Of a stretch of 64,000 nucleotides of DNA, positions 1 to 13,777 are shown one piece after another (positions within the stretch are counted from its first letter, which is position 1; every line of letters begins with the position of its first letter). The stretch comes from Acanthaster planci (taxonomy: Eukaryota). The stretch is from the NCBI RefSeq assembly GCF_001949145.1, contig NW_019091361.1, positions 2,589,825-2,653,824 of the forward strand. Direction: 5' to 3'. The translations under genes and the position numbers were made by a program. The notes under the pieces were generated by a model. It was not told where the DNA came from, searched no databases, and worked only from the letters and a program-made list of their open reading frames with translations.

Positions 1-61
1 ACGATTGACCACTCATGCCGTCGTGCATGTAAAGGCTTCACTATTCAATCTTTTTTCGCAG

Positions 62-3000
62 CATGTCTTCGGTTCTCTCCTGTCTCGTCGAGCTACGTAC
101 AAGAAATTAATGCAAATTTGGGACGGCAAATCCAATGATGATGATGAGGTAAAGCTACACGAATTGACTGCTTAAAATGTCCTTGAGATAAGATATGTTC
201 ACCACAAGCAATGAATCTACGCTGCATCCACATCATATGACTTCTTATTGCCACTCTTGGAGTGTTTTATTGATGCAAAGTCTTACATTATGAGGAAAAT
301 AGTGGCATGTCCTCCCATAGGAATGATACCTTCAGTTTAAGCCAATTGTTATGAAGATCGCCACATAAAGGTCTGGTGTAGGATATTAATATTATTGGAC
401 ATAGTGACTGTCATTTGCGATTTCGCCGCGATAACATGGACCCTCACTGAGGTGCTTGCCTGAACGTAAAGATAGTATAGATACCCCTGATCAAATTATA
501 AGGAGGGATGGATTTACAAAGGAGTAAAATGATATGTTCATATCCATTTCCATTTGACAATGACGTTGCCAGTATAGCTTATAACTGGGAGCGGGGAGAC
601 GGGCAGAGTGTTAAATTGCAACGGGCTGGAGATTTTTAAAGCAAAAGTTGGATACCGATAGAATTCAAATCTGCACGACTAAACAGGATGAAAGTTGTAT
701 TAAACAAATGGCAAACAAAACTCTTGTTCCACTCCCGGATGCTTCTGTTATTGATTTGATTGAATTTTGATCTCTACACAGGAAAAATCAACTGTCAGCC
801 ACGATGGGTCCTACTACGCCGACGGTCCCGAAACATCTGTCACCGAGAACCAACCCTCGGATGTAAATAATAATTACTCCATAGCATTGACATTCGCTCG
901 CAATTAGAGTTATGATTTGTCTGATGCTCACATTTTTAGACTCCGTCTTAATTTTGAAAACGAAATGTTTTCGTATACGCATACATGAAGTGAAGATTAT
1001 TGTCTGATCTCATAAGTGAATCATACAGTTGCTTCTTAGTTACATTTTGATGAGACTTTTTAAAATGAAAATACACAATTTTTCGTGATAGGATAGCGAT
1101 GATAATTCACGACGATCGTATCGACTCAGATCTGGATCCCGTAAGAAGAATTCTCGACGAGAATACCGTGTCCCAGAAGACCAAGAACGAGTTGAACAGA
1201 AAACGGCCACTGGTGGTAAGAGTGCTATATACATGTATGTACTATCGTGCCACATCCAACCAAGGGCCATTAGCACTGCCATCGCGCGATCATATTGCCA
1301 CCAGGCCACCAACCAAACACCCCACACCAAAAAAGTCCCTATAGTAATGATCTCAGACAAAGACGTTATATCGAACAGGAAATCCGTATCCATCCTGGAA
1401 AGTTCATTTTCAGTACAAGATAAGAATTTCGAGTTGTGGAGTTACTCCCGTCTCGTGATTTGCAAAACAATTCCCAACTCTCTGAACAAAAAATGGGTCA
1501 AAAGGAAGTAATGTCAAATATTGCGAGAATGGCGTTGTATTGACTGATTCATTGCGCTGACAATAGTAGATTGTGTTGCTAATGAAATCAAATAGAGTAC
1601 CGAAGTGAATACGTCACGTGCACAATTAGTGTAAAAGGCATTAACGCGAGAACCAGCGCGTGAACCAACACGCGCGCGTACTCCATTCGTTTGCACTGCA
1701 CTTTCTGGTTCACAGTGACGTCACACTTCGGTATTCCATACCATCGGCAAATAATCACTGAGCTAGAATTCTGTTCTAATTTAACAGCTGTCTTCATTAA
1801 TTTAATACCTTGAAGCTCACGAAGAACGAGCTGCGTGTAATTTTGTTCCTTTTAAGGGCGGCTAAGTCCATCGACGTTTATGACAAGGGTGAAATACGTG
1901 GCAGCATCTGTCCGGGCCAAGCATCTCGTGTTGCCCCTAGCTATATTGGTGTAAGTATTGTTTTGGGTGAGTGTGAGTTTTATCAGTTTACGAAACATGG
2001 GCGTAGCCATGCAGGATTTTTTTTCCTTTGCAGCAGAGCACTCAGCAACAGCAGCAAACTGACAACGGTGAAGGCGTCAACTCGGAGGGATTTTTAAGCA
2101 ATTCATTTCATCCCTTTCTCGTTGTTCAGTGCCTCTTTTCCGGTTTCCTCTTTCTAATTTTTCCATCTTTTTTTCTGGGGAGGATCAATGCATTCCCTGG
2201 CCCTGCCAGCGCCCTTTATATGAAAACAGTATTCAGTAGTAGGGGCCCTAACAGGTGTACATTTTTGTTTCTATCGTAGTGTTGCTGTTCATCCTTCTTT
2301 GCTCATTTATCTGAGCAAAAGCGTGTGTTATTTAAAATGTTAGCAAAGATGCCCCAGAAACCCTTGAAATAAGCAAAAACACCTCAATTAAGGTCCTAAC
2401 GTTATTGATAAACTGTGTTTTGTGACACGAGGAAGTCACCATAATTCCGTTTCATCACAGGATATGTTGCCTCTCCGTCTCGTCGGTCGTCTTGTCTTAT
2501 CGCATTGCCAGAATACAGGCTCAACTGCAGAGACTCCCAGATGTAGCAGAGGCTTTGGAGTAAGTTGGACTACGCATAATTAACACTCGATCAAATACGC
2601 CACATTCCTTGCACGCACCATGATATGGACTAATCCAGATTATAAACGTTTGAGCACTCACCAAAAATACTGTAATGTTTCTTTCATTAATATTTTTGTC
2701 GGTATCTATGATTACAACTATCATAAAGCATTGTGAACAGGGCATGGACATGACATATGCAATATTCAAAATGCACTTGTTAAAGCATGAACAAGGTAAC
2801 CTTTATGTAAAAGCCTTTGGAAGATTAATAATTTCTTTTCATATACTGCGTTCATCTTCAGATCATCATCATAAGACATACAATTTTAAGATGTGTCATC
2901 GAGCGTTTTACAAGTTGACAAAGTTGAGAACGATTTATCAGGATTGGATATTCTTTATCTGCAGGTGGAATAGGTTACTCGTCGCTAGTCAGTCAGGACA

Positions 3001-3434
3001 TATCGACCAGATTTCCAAAATTCGAGATACACTGGTGCTCAGTTTACAATTACTTAACAAGGTAGGCCCAAAATCCGGCATCTTAACTCGGGCTGGCAGA
3101 ACAGAACCATGTAAAATCTTTCACGAAGTGTTCATTTTAAAGGTACATTGTACGGTTTATTTGATTTGAACCTCGTATTGCGAAAAGAGTGGTCTACTAT
3201 ATGCTTTAGGAATAGCAGTGGAGTGTTTAATATATAGTCGTAATTGTTTTACCCACTGCTACATGATTGTATACGAACCAAATTTGACATCAATGGATAG
3301 ATGTGCCAGGCAAAGCTAGCCATTTGATTTGTTTCTGTGATGTGCATTTGCGTACTTAGATGCATTCGTCACTGGATCTGCTCTACCAATCGACAACCAA
3401 CACTGACGTGAATAGTCCCCCACCACAGTTGTAG
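62..3434 (+). CDS. GRAM-domain, single-TM protein (GRAMD2/GRAMD1-like), 3' part; the 5' exons lie upstream of the window
   Basis: Phase-consistent GT-AG exons: 62-148 (HVFGSLLSRRATYKKLMQIW, resembles the end of a GRAM domain), 782-862, 1092-1215, 1857-1950, 2461-2559 (TM HLVLPLAILVICCLSVSSVVLSYRIARIQAQL), 2965-3061 (WNRLLVASQSGHIDQISKIRDTLVLSLQLL, coiled-coil-like), 3360-3434 ending in TAG. Total 657 nt in frame. Family assigned from remembered GRAMD motifs. Confidence 0.8.
1996..2217. mobile_element. Degenerate non-autonomous DNA transposon (CAxGGGCG...CGCCC-type termini)
   Basis: Starts catgggcgtagcc and ends gccagcgcccttt. Flanks ttacgaaa / atatgaaa resemble a decayed 8-bp TSD. Confidence 0.3.
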
Positions 3435-6400
3435 CCGTGGGCTGGGTCATTCGGACGACTTTTTCGATTCTACCTCTCTGTACATGTACTTAGACTGCTA
3501 TCAATCAGAGGGATGGGCAGGGACATTGAAAAGATGTAGACTTGATTCAAGTGCCTTAGCAATTTTCTTTTTTTTTTAGCAATCAATGAAAATACGTATT
3601 CAACTATATTTTCATTAGTGCCATTTTAAGGGTATGTTTAGGTGTTTTTGAGTTTTGACTGTTTGTTTGTTTGTTTGTTGTTACTTGCACATGCGCATCG
3701 TCATGAGCAAAACTTTGTCACTCCGAGCACAAAAAATTGCCATAATGTGATGATTCACCGTCGGTCTTCGTACACTGCGATAAGCCAACGAGTAACCCAT
3801 TCTTCTACGTTTTCCTTGAGCAAATACTGGGAGTCACCATTTGTACAGAAAACCCTGAACTGGTGTCTCCTCCGAAACGACATCACAGTAACAGTGCCCT
3901 CGGTTGTCTGGGAAAGCATGGACATATTTTTGTGAGCGTTTAAACAGGTGTGCTTCTATTTTCGCTGCAATTTGTTCCAAGGGGATGTCAACTGCATGTA
4001 TATAGTTACCCACATTTTCGAACAAAAGTTGCAAAATATGTGTGTCTAACGAAATACTCAAATGGTAAGGAGTTGCACAAGCTGTAATTACTACAAATAT
4101 GTGCCAGGGAGTGGTGGGTGGGAGATGATCGAAATTCAAACTGCCCGTCCCTGGAAATTGGAAAATGGAAGGTGGGTCGGCATCCATTCTCATATAAGTT
4201 CTGTTTTGGATGTTCGAGTTCCAAATAACCTAAAGTAAATATGCAAAGGAGAGGGGATGGGGTCTCCCCACCGGAGGAAGGACAAACGGCTCAACCCTCC
4301 CCCCAACTGAACTCAAACATCCACTGTGGCCTATGACAGGTTGGGTACCAGTCAAACGGGCCAAGTTATTCAGTATGAGACAACACTACCTGACAGGTCT
4401 TAGATGCGGTAATTGGTTCCATAAAGAAGTGCATATAAAGAATGTGCCAGTGTGTAGTCATAAGACGGCTTTTTATTTTTAAATTAAATATCGTACCCTT
4501 TTAAAGAGTAAATGGTCAAAAAATTTGAAGTGGTCCACAATATGACAGCTTAATCAATACAACATGCCTGAAATAAATGTGAAATATTATCATTCTTTTC
4601 GAGCCTGTTGTTGGTTGTTAGAGCCATGAACAAATAAAAATTGCCATCCATATGCAAATAATGGCTCTCATAAATAAACTGTAACTGTCTGTCATTTTTG
4701 CTTAAATTCCAAAATGTATAATACCAAGCAAAACACTCTGCATGTACATGTACATATAGACACTTTCTGGACAATTGAAACTAGAAAAAGATCTGAAACT
4801 TCTGGCATTACCCAACTTATTCATGTATTCAAGTTGAATCGCGACTTAAAAGTATTTTGTTTGAATGAAGTTCTATTTGGAATGCCGGTAACCTTTATGC
4901 GTACAACCACCTGTCTGACAAGAGTGTACAATACTCATTCACCAAGCACTAAAGACATTTCTTCGGCCATGTCACAATTACAGATTCTGCCAACCATGGT
5001 TGGAAAAACTATGGCTGGCCATGAGTACAAAACCAACAAATAATTTATAAAGTGTAAGACATCTGGGGCAATATTGAAAGCCTAACTGATAAATGTCTCC
5101 TATTTTAAATGGGTATTAAACAAAATAGAGTTTTGAGGTAACATTAGTCACAAACCGAGGGAGAACGTTTTGCGAACTTCAGCCGCCAAAACAAAATGGC
5201 AGTCAGTGTTACACAAATGGAAGAAGCTAATCTCATGCTGGCCATCCGGACATGAAAACAAAGCAATCCCTATTAAAACTCTTTTTACGAGTGTGAATGA
5301 AGATGACATTTATCCTGCTGGAGCTTTGATGTTTAATTCTACGTTATGGATACAAAAAGTCATGACACCCTGACTGTCTCACATGAAAAATGCATTTAAA
5401 ATACCTGTAAATTGGGCAAAATAGTCAAGGTTCTTCCAATTTTTAGAGTATTTCAAGCACTTTTGGGGAGCATAATTCGAAAGGATCATTAATAGTGAAT
5501 AAAGCCCTGACTTTTGGTCAAAATTCTGTGAAAAAGAGAAACCCTCATCTATTTTAAGGAACCAACGAGAATTCAGATCAGTTTGCACCCCCCCCCCCAA
5601 AAAATTGGTTGTATCATGCTCAGTTTTTTAAAACTTGGCATGCATGTAAACTCACCCCCTTATCATTACAATTACATGTACGAAGTCTGAACTCAATCAG
5701 ACATATGGTTTTGTTGTTATGGTCATTTGAAGTTCAAGGCGACATGCGTGCCAGCCCGTGTGCATTGAGCACCGCCTTGGAAAGAGTACACATTTTGGGC
5801 TGACCTGTCTTGGAAAAATGCACATGCTGCACAAGAGCAGTATGCTTGATTGTTACAACATTGGTGTCAAAATGACCACAAAGACTTGCTCTAAAAAAAT
5901 CCTAAAGGCTCGGCTCCTGAAAATACAGGCACTGCCGCGATATCAGAAAAGTGACAAGGGGACAGGTTCCCCTGGCTCTGTCAGGGTTGAGGAAGTGAAA
6001 GCACCAACATTTCAGAAACAGTACTACTTCCTTTCCGGGGAAGGACTCTTTTGAAAAAAAATCTTCCATTCCTGCCCTGACTCAAAACCTATGCTACTGG
6101 ACACTAGAGGCTTGGACAAAACCATTTGAAGCGAGATATGGGACGGAGAGAACCCCCACCGCCATCTTTGTGTTGGTCATTGTTTGATCTGAATCTTAGG
6201 AATTCTTTACAGACTTCTGGGGGGATGTGTTAGGTAACAATAGTCTACAGTGTGTATAGGGATTGGACAGGTAAGGGGGGGTACCCCTCCGTCCCATATC
6301 TTGCCTGGTATAGACAAAACACCTCCAAGCTCTCTGGTATAAAGGCCAGCTCAGTACCATCTCCTTTGCTTTGGCCTGGAGAACAAAACAGTTTGGTATC

Positions 6401-6725
6401 TTACCCAGCAAACCGTGCAGCAATTCCACGTGATTCAGGTGTACTGTCCTGTCCACTTTAGCACAGGTCTAGGTACCATTACAGTAGGCACAATGATATA
6501 AGAACTACAATTACATACAACAGTATGATTTGGTATTCACAATGCTGAACACTGCCTTTGAATGAACTCCATACTCTGATGAAGTTTTGGCTTTAAAACA
6601 ACTGCAGCACTTCAAGATTTATGAAGGATTCTCTGTTTGTCCCCTTTGCTGCCCAAATTCCCTCCTCTACTCTCTGAAAGCCAACAGTCGGCATTGATAC
6701 CACAACAAGCGCTGCTGATCCCAAC

Positions 6726-9700
6726 TCAAAATGTGGGCACGGGAATCTTCTTGAAAGTTCTCAGGCACTCCTTGGAGCAGCAAAAGCCCACGAAGCCGAT
6801 GCTCTCCTGCGTTCGCTGCCAGGGCTGGGCCCAGTCCAGCTTGAGGAGGTGCACCCAGGCCATGGTAAATATCGGCTTCTCGTAACAGCTGGGCGCCATG
6901 CAATGCGCTGTGGGCATCTCTGCAAGGTCGCTCAGGCTTCTTGGCAATGTAGACAAATCCAGTGTGTCTGGAAAGATAATCATCCACGTTAGCAACACCA
7001 AGCATTAATAAAGCTCTTGGGCTGATCAATGTTCCTAGATCTGTATCTACTCACTGGAGGAATACAGAATCTGCTGCCTAAGGGAACATTTTTCCTGGGC
7101 AAATAACTGATAATAATAATACATTATGCATAATATAGTGCCTCCCATAAAAATCTTATACAGCATAACAAAAATACATTAAAATACACTTACAGGTTCA
7201 TCATTTAATTATTGTAGTACAAATGGTTCAAATCGAGATCTTCTAAAAAGAAACATCTTGAGCTGTAACTTAAAAGTCCCTAATTTATTTCTCAAAACTG
7301 ACGGCCTGTTCCGCAGAAAAGGGCGTGCAGCTTAAAACGCTATTACCAAATGCCTCAGTGACCTTTTAGCAGATGTAGCCGTGGCTAAGATATATTTGAA
7401 GGGGCCCTAGGATCTGAAGAGGAAACTGCCCAGCCTCCAAGTAAGATCAAGGGCTAGGAAGGGAGTAGGACTTAAGGCTTAAGACAATATTATGAGCTTC
7501 TGGGTCGAAAGAAGAACTGTCTTATATCTCGGGGTCAGGGACAATCAAATACCTTGAGAGATCTAGGCCACTAAATAAGAAAAACGGATCTACAGCTTGA
7601 GCTAAGCTGTGAGGAGGCTAACAGTTACACACATGTAGGAGCCATAGGAATGCCAAGCACCCAGTAGTCTAGTAAAGTCTGCAAATGCAGAAGAAAGTTA
7701 CATCCAAAGTCAAGGATTTCAAGCCGCTTGGATTCAAAAATCAATTCAAGATAGGGATTGAGTACTTGGGTTCTATGACCAGAAGGTATCGGATCTAAAG
7801 TAAAGATCTGGGACTTCAGAAGGAACCAAGGAAAGATCCAAAGGAGATCTTATGACATGGAAAGGTGATCTAGGATCAACAGTGGCCTTTACAGATCAGA
7901 GGGACGGGCATAATGATAATGCCTACCCTTCAAGCGATGCGCAGCTGCTAGACTCAGCTCCAGCAGCGGCAGGACTTCACTGACCGGCTCGTGCCCGTCC
8001 TTGATGAGTCTGAGTTCAGGGGGTAAAATGGCAGACAGGCCGTTGGACTTGAAAATGTGGACGGAACGGCTCTGCTCCATGGACAGCTCCTCCGTCCCAC
8101 AGCTAGGAGATGGATTTAGGAAAAAGACAATAAAGAAGGGTACATGTCAATGTAGAAAGGAATTTGTCAGAATTGTGAGGGCCAAGAGCAATAATTGAAC
8201 TTGAGCAACAAGTTTGCAAGAAGTCAACTTGACGCATCATGTGTCAGCAATGTGGCATTCGTTAGGTATTAGTGCAGGTACGTGTTCTTGTGAAGCTGCA
8301 CTAAATTTCTTGGACTGTAGTCAACACTGTGAGCAGTGACATGGAGGAGAAACAGATTCGTGTTACCGTTCAGCTGGACAGATCAAGTATCCCTGACAAA
8401 CAGGAATACCAGCACTAAGGCACATACACCTGCGCACTTACCAGAAGCAACTGGTACTTTGTTCTGCCAGTATAGAACATGTACATGTGTATGAGCATGC
8501 TATTCTTCACATACACATGCACTGCTCTGCTTTCAACGTAAATTCTTGTTAAGCCGCTTTCCATCTGTATCTCCTTTTTTCGCTTGAAATCAGTTCAAGA
8601 GACAAGGGTCTCTCAAATGTCAAGACACCTTTCGGAAAACTCCCAAAAACTTAAAACGCCGGTGGGACGTCGCATCTTTTGTGACGTGGGACAGTAACCG
8701 TTACCTTGTGGCACCCAGCTTCTTCTTCCACAGGCTGAAAGGCAATGCGTGAAGCAGGGGATTGTTGTCGACGTACACCGTCCGCAGGTTCTCTTGCCAC
8801 AAACCCAGATCTGTTTGGATTTCAATAACCGGCGAGTCAGTGGCCATTGCAGCAAAAAGAGGAGGCAGGTTGGTATGAGAAAGGCTGGTTCAAACTTCAT
8901 CAGTAGGCAAAAGCCTAGTGATTTTGACGTCGTGAAGCATTCAATGTTAGCTGACAACTGTTCAGACATTTATGAATTCACTATGCGAAAATTTGCCATG
9001 AAGCCAAACATTTGTGTTCACATTTGTAATTCTTATGAAGCAAAAACAGGCCTAAAAAAGGTAATGGTCCCGCAAGCTGATAACACCCCCACTTTGCCAG
9101 ACACCCTTCTGATATTAACAATTCACCTGACCATCAGACTACTGTAGGAAGTACAGACACAAAGTGTCCCTGCACAAAAAACAGGACGGATATGACTGCT
9201 CACCGGGCAGCCAGATCAACAGAAGGTTACATTTTTCGCTTGTGACTTCACACGATCTGATGTCACCAGAAAGGAGTGTGGGATTCGCAGAGACAATTTC
9301 ACATTTTCAAAATGGCAGCCTCATGTAGAAACGGGTGGCTGTCAAGCCTGTCATGTGACTGAGCATGTGACTAGTTAGCATGTTACTGATATCAAGTGAC
9401 CAATTTTTATGACAGAATCGGACATGTGTGGGTACCGTTACAGTCTACACTAATGGTGACAAATACTGTCACGATGACGTGTTGATTCGGGGAAACCGAA
9501 TAATCAGAAAGGTACATGGCGAGCTTTAACTGGAACGTGTTTATCTTCAGTTTGGTCTGAATTGCTGAGAATAATTTATTTCCCCATATCACGTTTGCAC
9601 AAGTCGACCAGAAGTTGATCAGAATTCTCAAATACTGAGGCCATGTCTGAATTATTTGGGTGCGGCTTGAAATTACACACAAGTCTATGGTCATGAATGC

Positions 9701-12662
9701 AGCCATTTCCCATTGAGTTGTGTGTAAGCCAAGCAATTCGGACACAGCCTTGGCCTCAATTTCTCAGCAGACAGTATTGCTTAGCAGATTGATGAAGTAA
9801 GCTGAGAACCAGTCACTGGCAAACACACACTGAATGACAACTTGGCTGGTGACCTTTTCTTGGCTAAGCAAGCATCTTTGGTGCTTAGCGAGCTCACCCA
9901 TCGGAAGGCACATCAGTTTGTTACCGCTGACCGTTAATTCCTCCAAGCAACCAAGGCTGGTGAGTTGCCTTGGCAACCATCGTAACTTGTTCTTGGTCAG
10001 GCACAGTGAGCGCAACTTAGTGCAATTGCAGAGTTCAACAGGAAGACCGACGAGCTGATTGCAGCTGGCCTCCAAAACACACAGGTTCTGCAGCTTCCCC
10101 AGCTCTGAAATTTAAGACAGAAAACGACAATTTTGGTTAGGCATGTGCAGAAACTGCTATACAAAGATATCAAAATAGCTCGGTTACATCCTATCTGTGT
10201 CCTGAAGGGGCAGACCCCAACTGTGTCAGCGTAACTGTACGTTCACAGGAGGTCTTAGACACAGTTGGGGCAGTGGCCACTGTTCAGATGTCATAGCTCC
10301 AACCATGTCCTAGTCTTACTCAGCCCTGGCCGTTTGTGGGAAGCTGGTGCAGGTGAATACTCATCACCTGTCTGTATGCTAACTAACGAAAAACCACCAA
10401 ATGCCAGCCAATCAGAGTCGACTGCATAAACTCTGATGCCGTCTCGGTAATAACTGGCACCAAATGGTTGCTAGAAATATTGTCAACAGCGGTCAGCTTA
10501 GATTTAAATATGAAATGCAACATTGATGGCCTCCACTAAGTGACTACACCTACTTCAACATCGTGCACTGGTTCCCATATAAGACCTCAAACCCCCGACA
10601 CTGAAATGGCATCTGAGTGAGCAGAGTACCAGAGAAGATTTTTGAAGGAGCTCTTGCCTCAGCACAAAGTGACCAATGGCCGCTGAACCATCCGTACCCG
10701 ACACACCCGTACCCGACACACCCATACCCGACACACCCATGCCTGACAGACCCATACCTGCTGGTAATGCAGTGATCAGATTATCTGGGAGAAACAACTT
10801 CTGGAGGGACGTGACTTCCCCCAGCGAGGCTGGTAGACTCTTCAGACGGTTGTTGCTGACATCTAAAGACTGCAAACTCACCAAGTTGCAGATTTCTACA
10901 GAGAAATGCGAAGTATAGTCAAGGTAATTCTTGAGATTGGATAAATCTCTTTCCTCTGTCACTCTGGCATTTTCTCTTTATGCACGTACTGCACTTCATT
11001 GGCAGGTACACTTGCCCTTGTCATTTCTTTCTTTGTAACTCGTAACACTCGATCACATGTATCCCGTCTTTATGGGCAGTTTAGCTACATGGACAGATGT
11101 CAACAGGAAAGCTGGTCAGTGACCTGTTAAAGACACCCACTTAGAGGAGCACTGTTCTGTAAACTGCTCCGATAAACCTCTGTACAAATAATGGTACACT
11201 TTGTTTATGTGTGTGCATTCCAAAAGAGTACTGAAAAGAATACATCACATACACAATGACATGTAGAAGGCATTAGCACGAGAATCAGCGTGTGCACTAA
11301 CACCCACTTCCTGGTTCAAAGGGACGTCGAACGTTGGTACTCTAGGGTGCTCAGCGGACCATGGGCTCCCAATGGCTCCACAGCAAAGTGCATATGTAAA
11401 CAAAGTGTGACACACACCACACTTACCATCAGGTAAACTTGTTAGACAGTTGGAGTGCAGATATCTGGAACAAGGCGAGTAGAGACAATGGAATCATTCC
11501 CAATCAGAAACTAATCACTCAAATTTGTAAGAGAAGAAACATGGTGCTCCGAGGTTCCAATTTACAATACATAATTTATAATCCCCCTCCCCGGGAAACT
11601 ATTCTTGACACATTTTGCAATGGATCTGGAGCTAGGTTGTTGACAGGAATGCAAAGTTGCAGTGCAGTACTTACAATTCCACAAGTCCTTTCAGATTTCC
11701 AATGTTGGTGGGCTGCAAGAAAAAACGGAGGGAGAAGAAAAAGTTGTAAGAACCTGAAAGAAGGGGAAAAACAGTTCAGAATTGAATAGACACAACTAAC
11801 TGACAATTTTACCCAATCATCAGACCTTTAGTCATCAGACAGTTAATTGGCAGTTAGTATAATAGAGGATGCATGTTAGTGTCAGCATGTGAAGTAGGCC
11901 AGATCTAATGGACTGGTTTAAGTATTACTTAGTAAGTTGATAAACTGATAGTTTGGCAACTGTTTGGTTATATGTTTCAATTTGAATACCTGAAAAACCA
12001 CCTTGTAAGAATGAAATATGAAAACGGCCCAAAATCATTTGACATTTTCTGCTACTGTCAACCAAAAATCCTTAAATATTTTCTGACATCATGTTTTTTT
12101 TAAAAGACCAAACACAAAGATTGGTCTACGTAGTTAAAAGATACAAGTGGACATACGGTAAAAGAAAGTTTCCTTTTGATGCTCCCAAGATAGACCACTT
12201 GTTTATTTTTCTTTGTGAAAATGAAAAGTTAATTAGATCTTAAACAAATTAAACATACAATATAATTTTTAGAAGACATCACTGAAAAGGGAATGATTAA
12301 TCAATCAATGAGAACAATTGTCAACTTGCAGGCCTGGCTTTTTCAAAGTCCAGTCAGTCAGGAAGAGAATGCTACTGCTGACCAACAAACAAACGAGAGG
12401 CAGCAAGCCAGTCTCACAGTCATCCCTCAACATCAACTCCCCACCCTACCAAGGTTTTTAGCAGGTTCCTTTTCAAGTACAGGTGCTGCAGGTGTCTGAA
12501 TGTCTCCTCATCTTCCACCAGTTCGGTGGGGATTTCTGTCAGTCCCTTATAGTTGAGGAATATCTTCTTGTGCTGTTTATCCTTAGCTTCTTGGAGCAAC
12601 TCCTCCACACTACTGGCTTCGCAGTCCTCTGCCACAATTGATGCACTCCTCGTAGTCGCCAT
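6726..12662 (-). CDS. LRRC28: Leucine-rich repeat-containing protein 28
   Basis: Minus-strand exons: 12450-12662 (MATTRS...KHKKIFLNY-type segment QHKKIFLNYKGLTEIP...LYLKRNLLKTL), 11675-11712, 11427-11464 (YLHSN), 10758-10895, 9898-10104, 8705-8810 (DLG...VYVDNN), 7927-8102, 6726-6967 (LPRSL...HC...FVGFCCSKECL). All introns GT-AG; 1158 nt = 385 aa. Motifs match vertebrate LRRC28 as recalled. Confidence 0.92.
7109..7370 (-). mobile_element. L2/CR1-clade LINE 3' end remnant in the last LRRC28 intron
   Basis: Minus strand reads as a decayed ORF2 C-terminus (FGN..F..A.P.L.N....LR....FK.QLK.FLF), followed by ...gggaggcactatattatgca...(tta)n, a typical L2-type tail. Confidence 0.55.
10691..10760. 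repeat. 15-bp tandem repeat (ccgtacccgacacac-like, about 4.5 units) overlapping the LRRC28 exon 4 donor
   Basis: Units directly visible: ccgtacccgacacac, ccgtacccgacacac, ccatacccgacacac, ccatgcctgacagac, ccatacctg. Confidence 0.9.
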
Positions 12663-13777
12663 TTTCACCTGTGGAGAATGGCCACTGTTTTAGCAGGTTT
12701 ACGAAAAACTACATGACTGACCTTTCCTGGTCAAGTCACTCACACTTTCAAACTGCTTTGGAATTCACTGTATTCCAATACAGGACATGTTTGTGCCAAC
12801 TATATGTCAACATAGTCAAGTCACTTGCTGAAAGCATGGAGGAAGGACTTTTCTGATTGCTTTCTGCGCCATAAGTGCACAGCACTGAATTCTACCATGA
12901 TTGCCCGATTGAAAAACATCAACCATGTCCTTGTTACGCCACAACCATGGCATCTGTCCCAACTAACAGTGGTGCATGTGCCGATGTCATTTGCATTTAT
13001 GTTGGTGACTCATGCTTGAAAAATCTACTTTTAATTTATAATATAGAGAAATGCCAAATTGGCATTTTTTGGATGAATTCTATTGGGTGCGAGCTGCAAA
13101 AACTTGAAGGTTGAGAACTTTTCCACAGAAATTGGCAGCTATAGTTGGGTCAGCCCAACTCCTAAATAATAGTTGTACGGTTAGGACTGTCCAAAGAGTA
13201 ACTATATCAAATTACTGGAGCATTAACTTGTTGTTCCCCATGTGGAAAATCTTGGATGTCAGCTCGGAGTAGACATTTGGATTCGTCGTGTATTTGTATA
13301 AAACAGAAAATGAGATGGAACAAGTCCTGAATTCTGTACTCCACATGCAACGCACATAAGTACAACCTTTGCGAATAACCTCTAGCCTCTTTTCTGTCAT
13401 TCAATCTTACAGTGCATTTATCTGCAGTATATATGCACGTGTTTTCACCGGTTCCCACAAAGTCTGAGATGCAGATATGCAAATATCAGCCGTAGCTCTA
13501 TGGGACTGTTCCATATGCCAGTCAATTAGATTAGATTAGATTATTAGATTCAAAGTTTGTGACAATCCTGCAGTTTGGATTTCAGGCGTTTAAGATGTGC
13601 CTTGAAGTAGGGCAGCTGTGGTGGCGACAGACAAGAGACAGATTGTAAAAGAGAGCCACCACAGCCCTATTTGTGGGTCTAACCATGGAGGAAGGAGGGA
13701 ACAGACTTCCATCCCAGTATTAGCCTATGCGGTTTTAATTTCTGGAAGTAGAGCTAGACAGACTGGGCCGGCTACCT

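Noticed and set aside
3755..4193. Overlapping minus-strand ORFs between the GRAM gene and LRRC28
   Set aside because: No recognisable domain or exon structure; probably UTR or intergenic.
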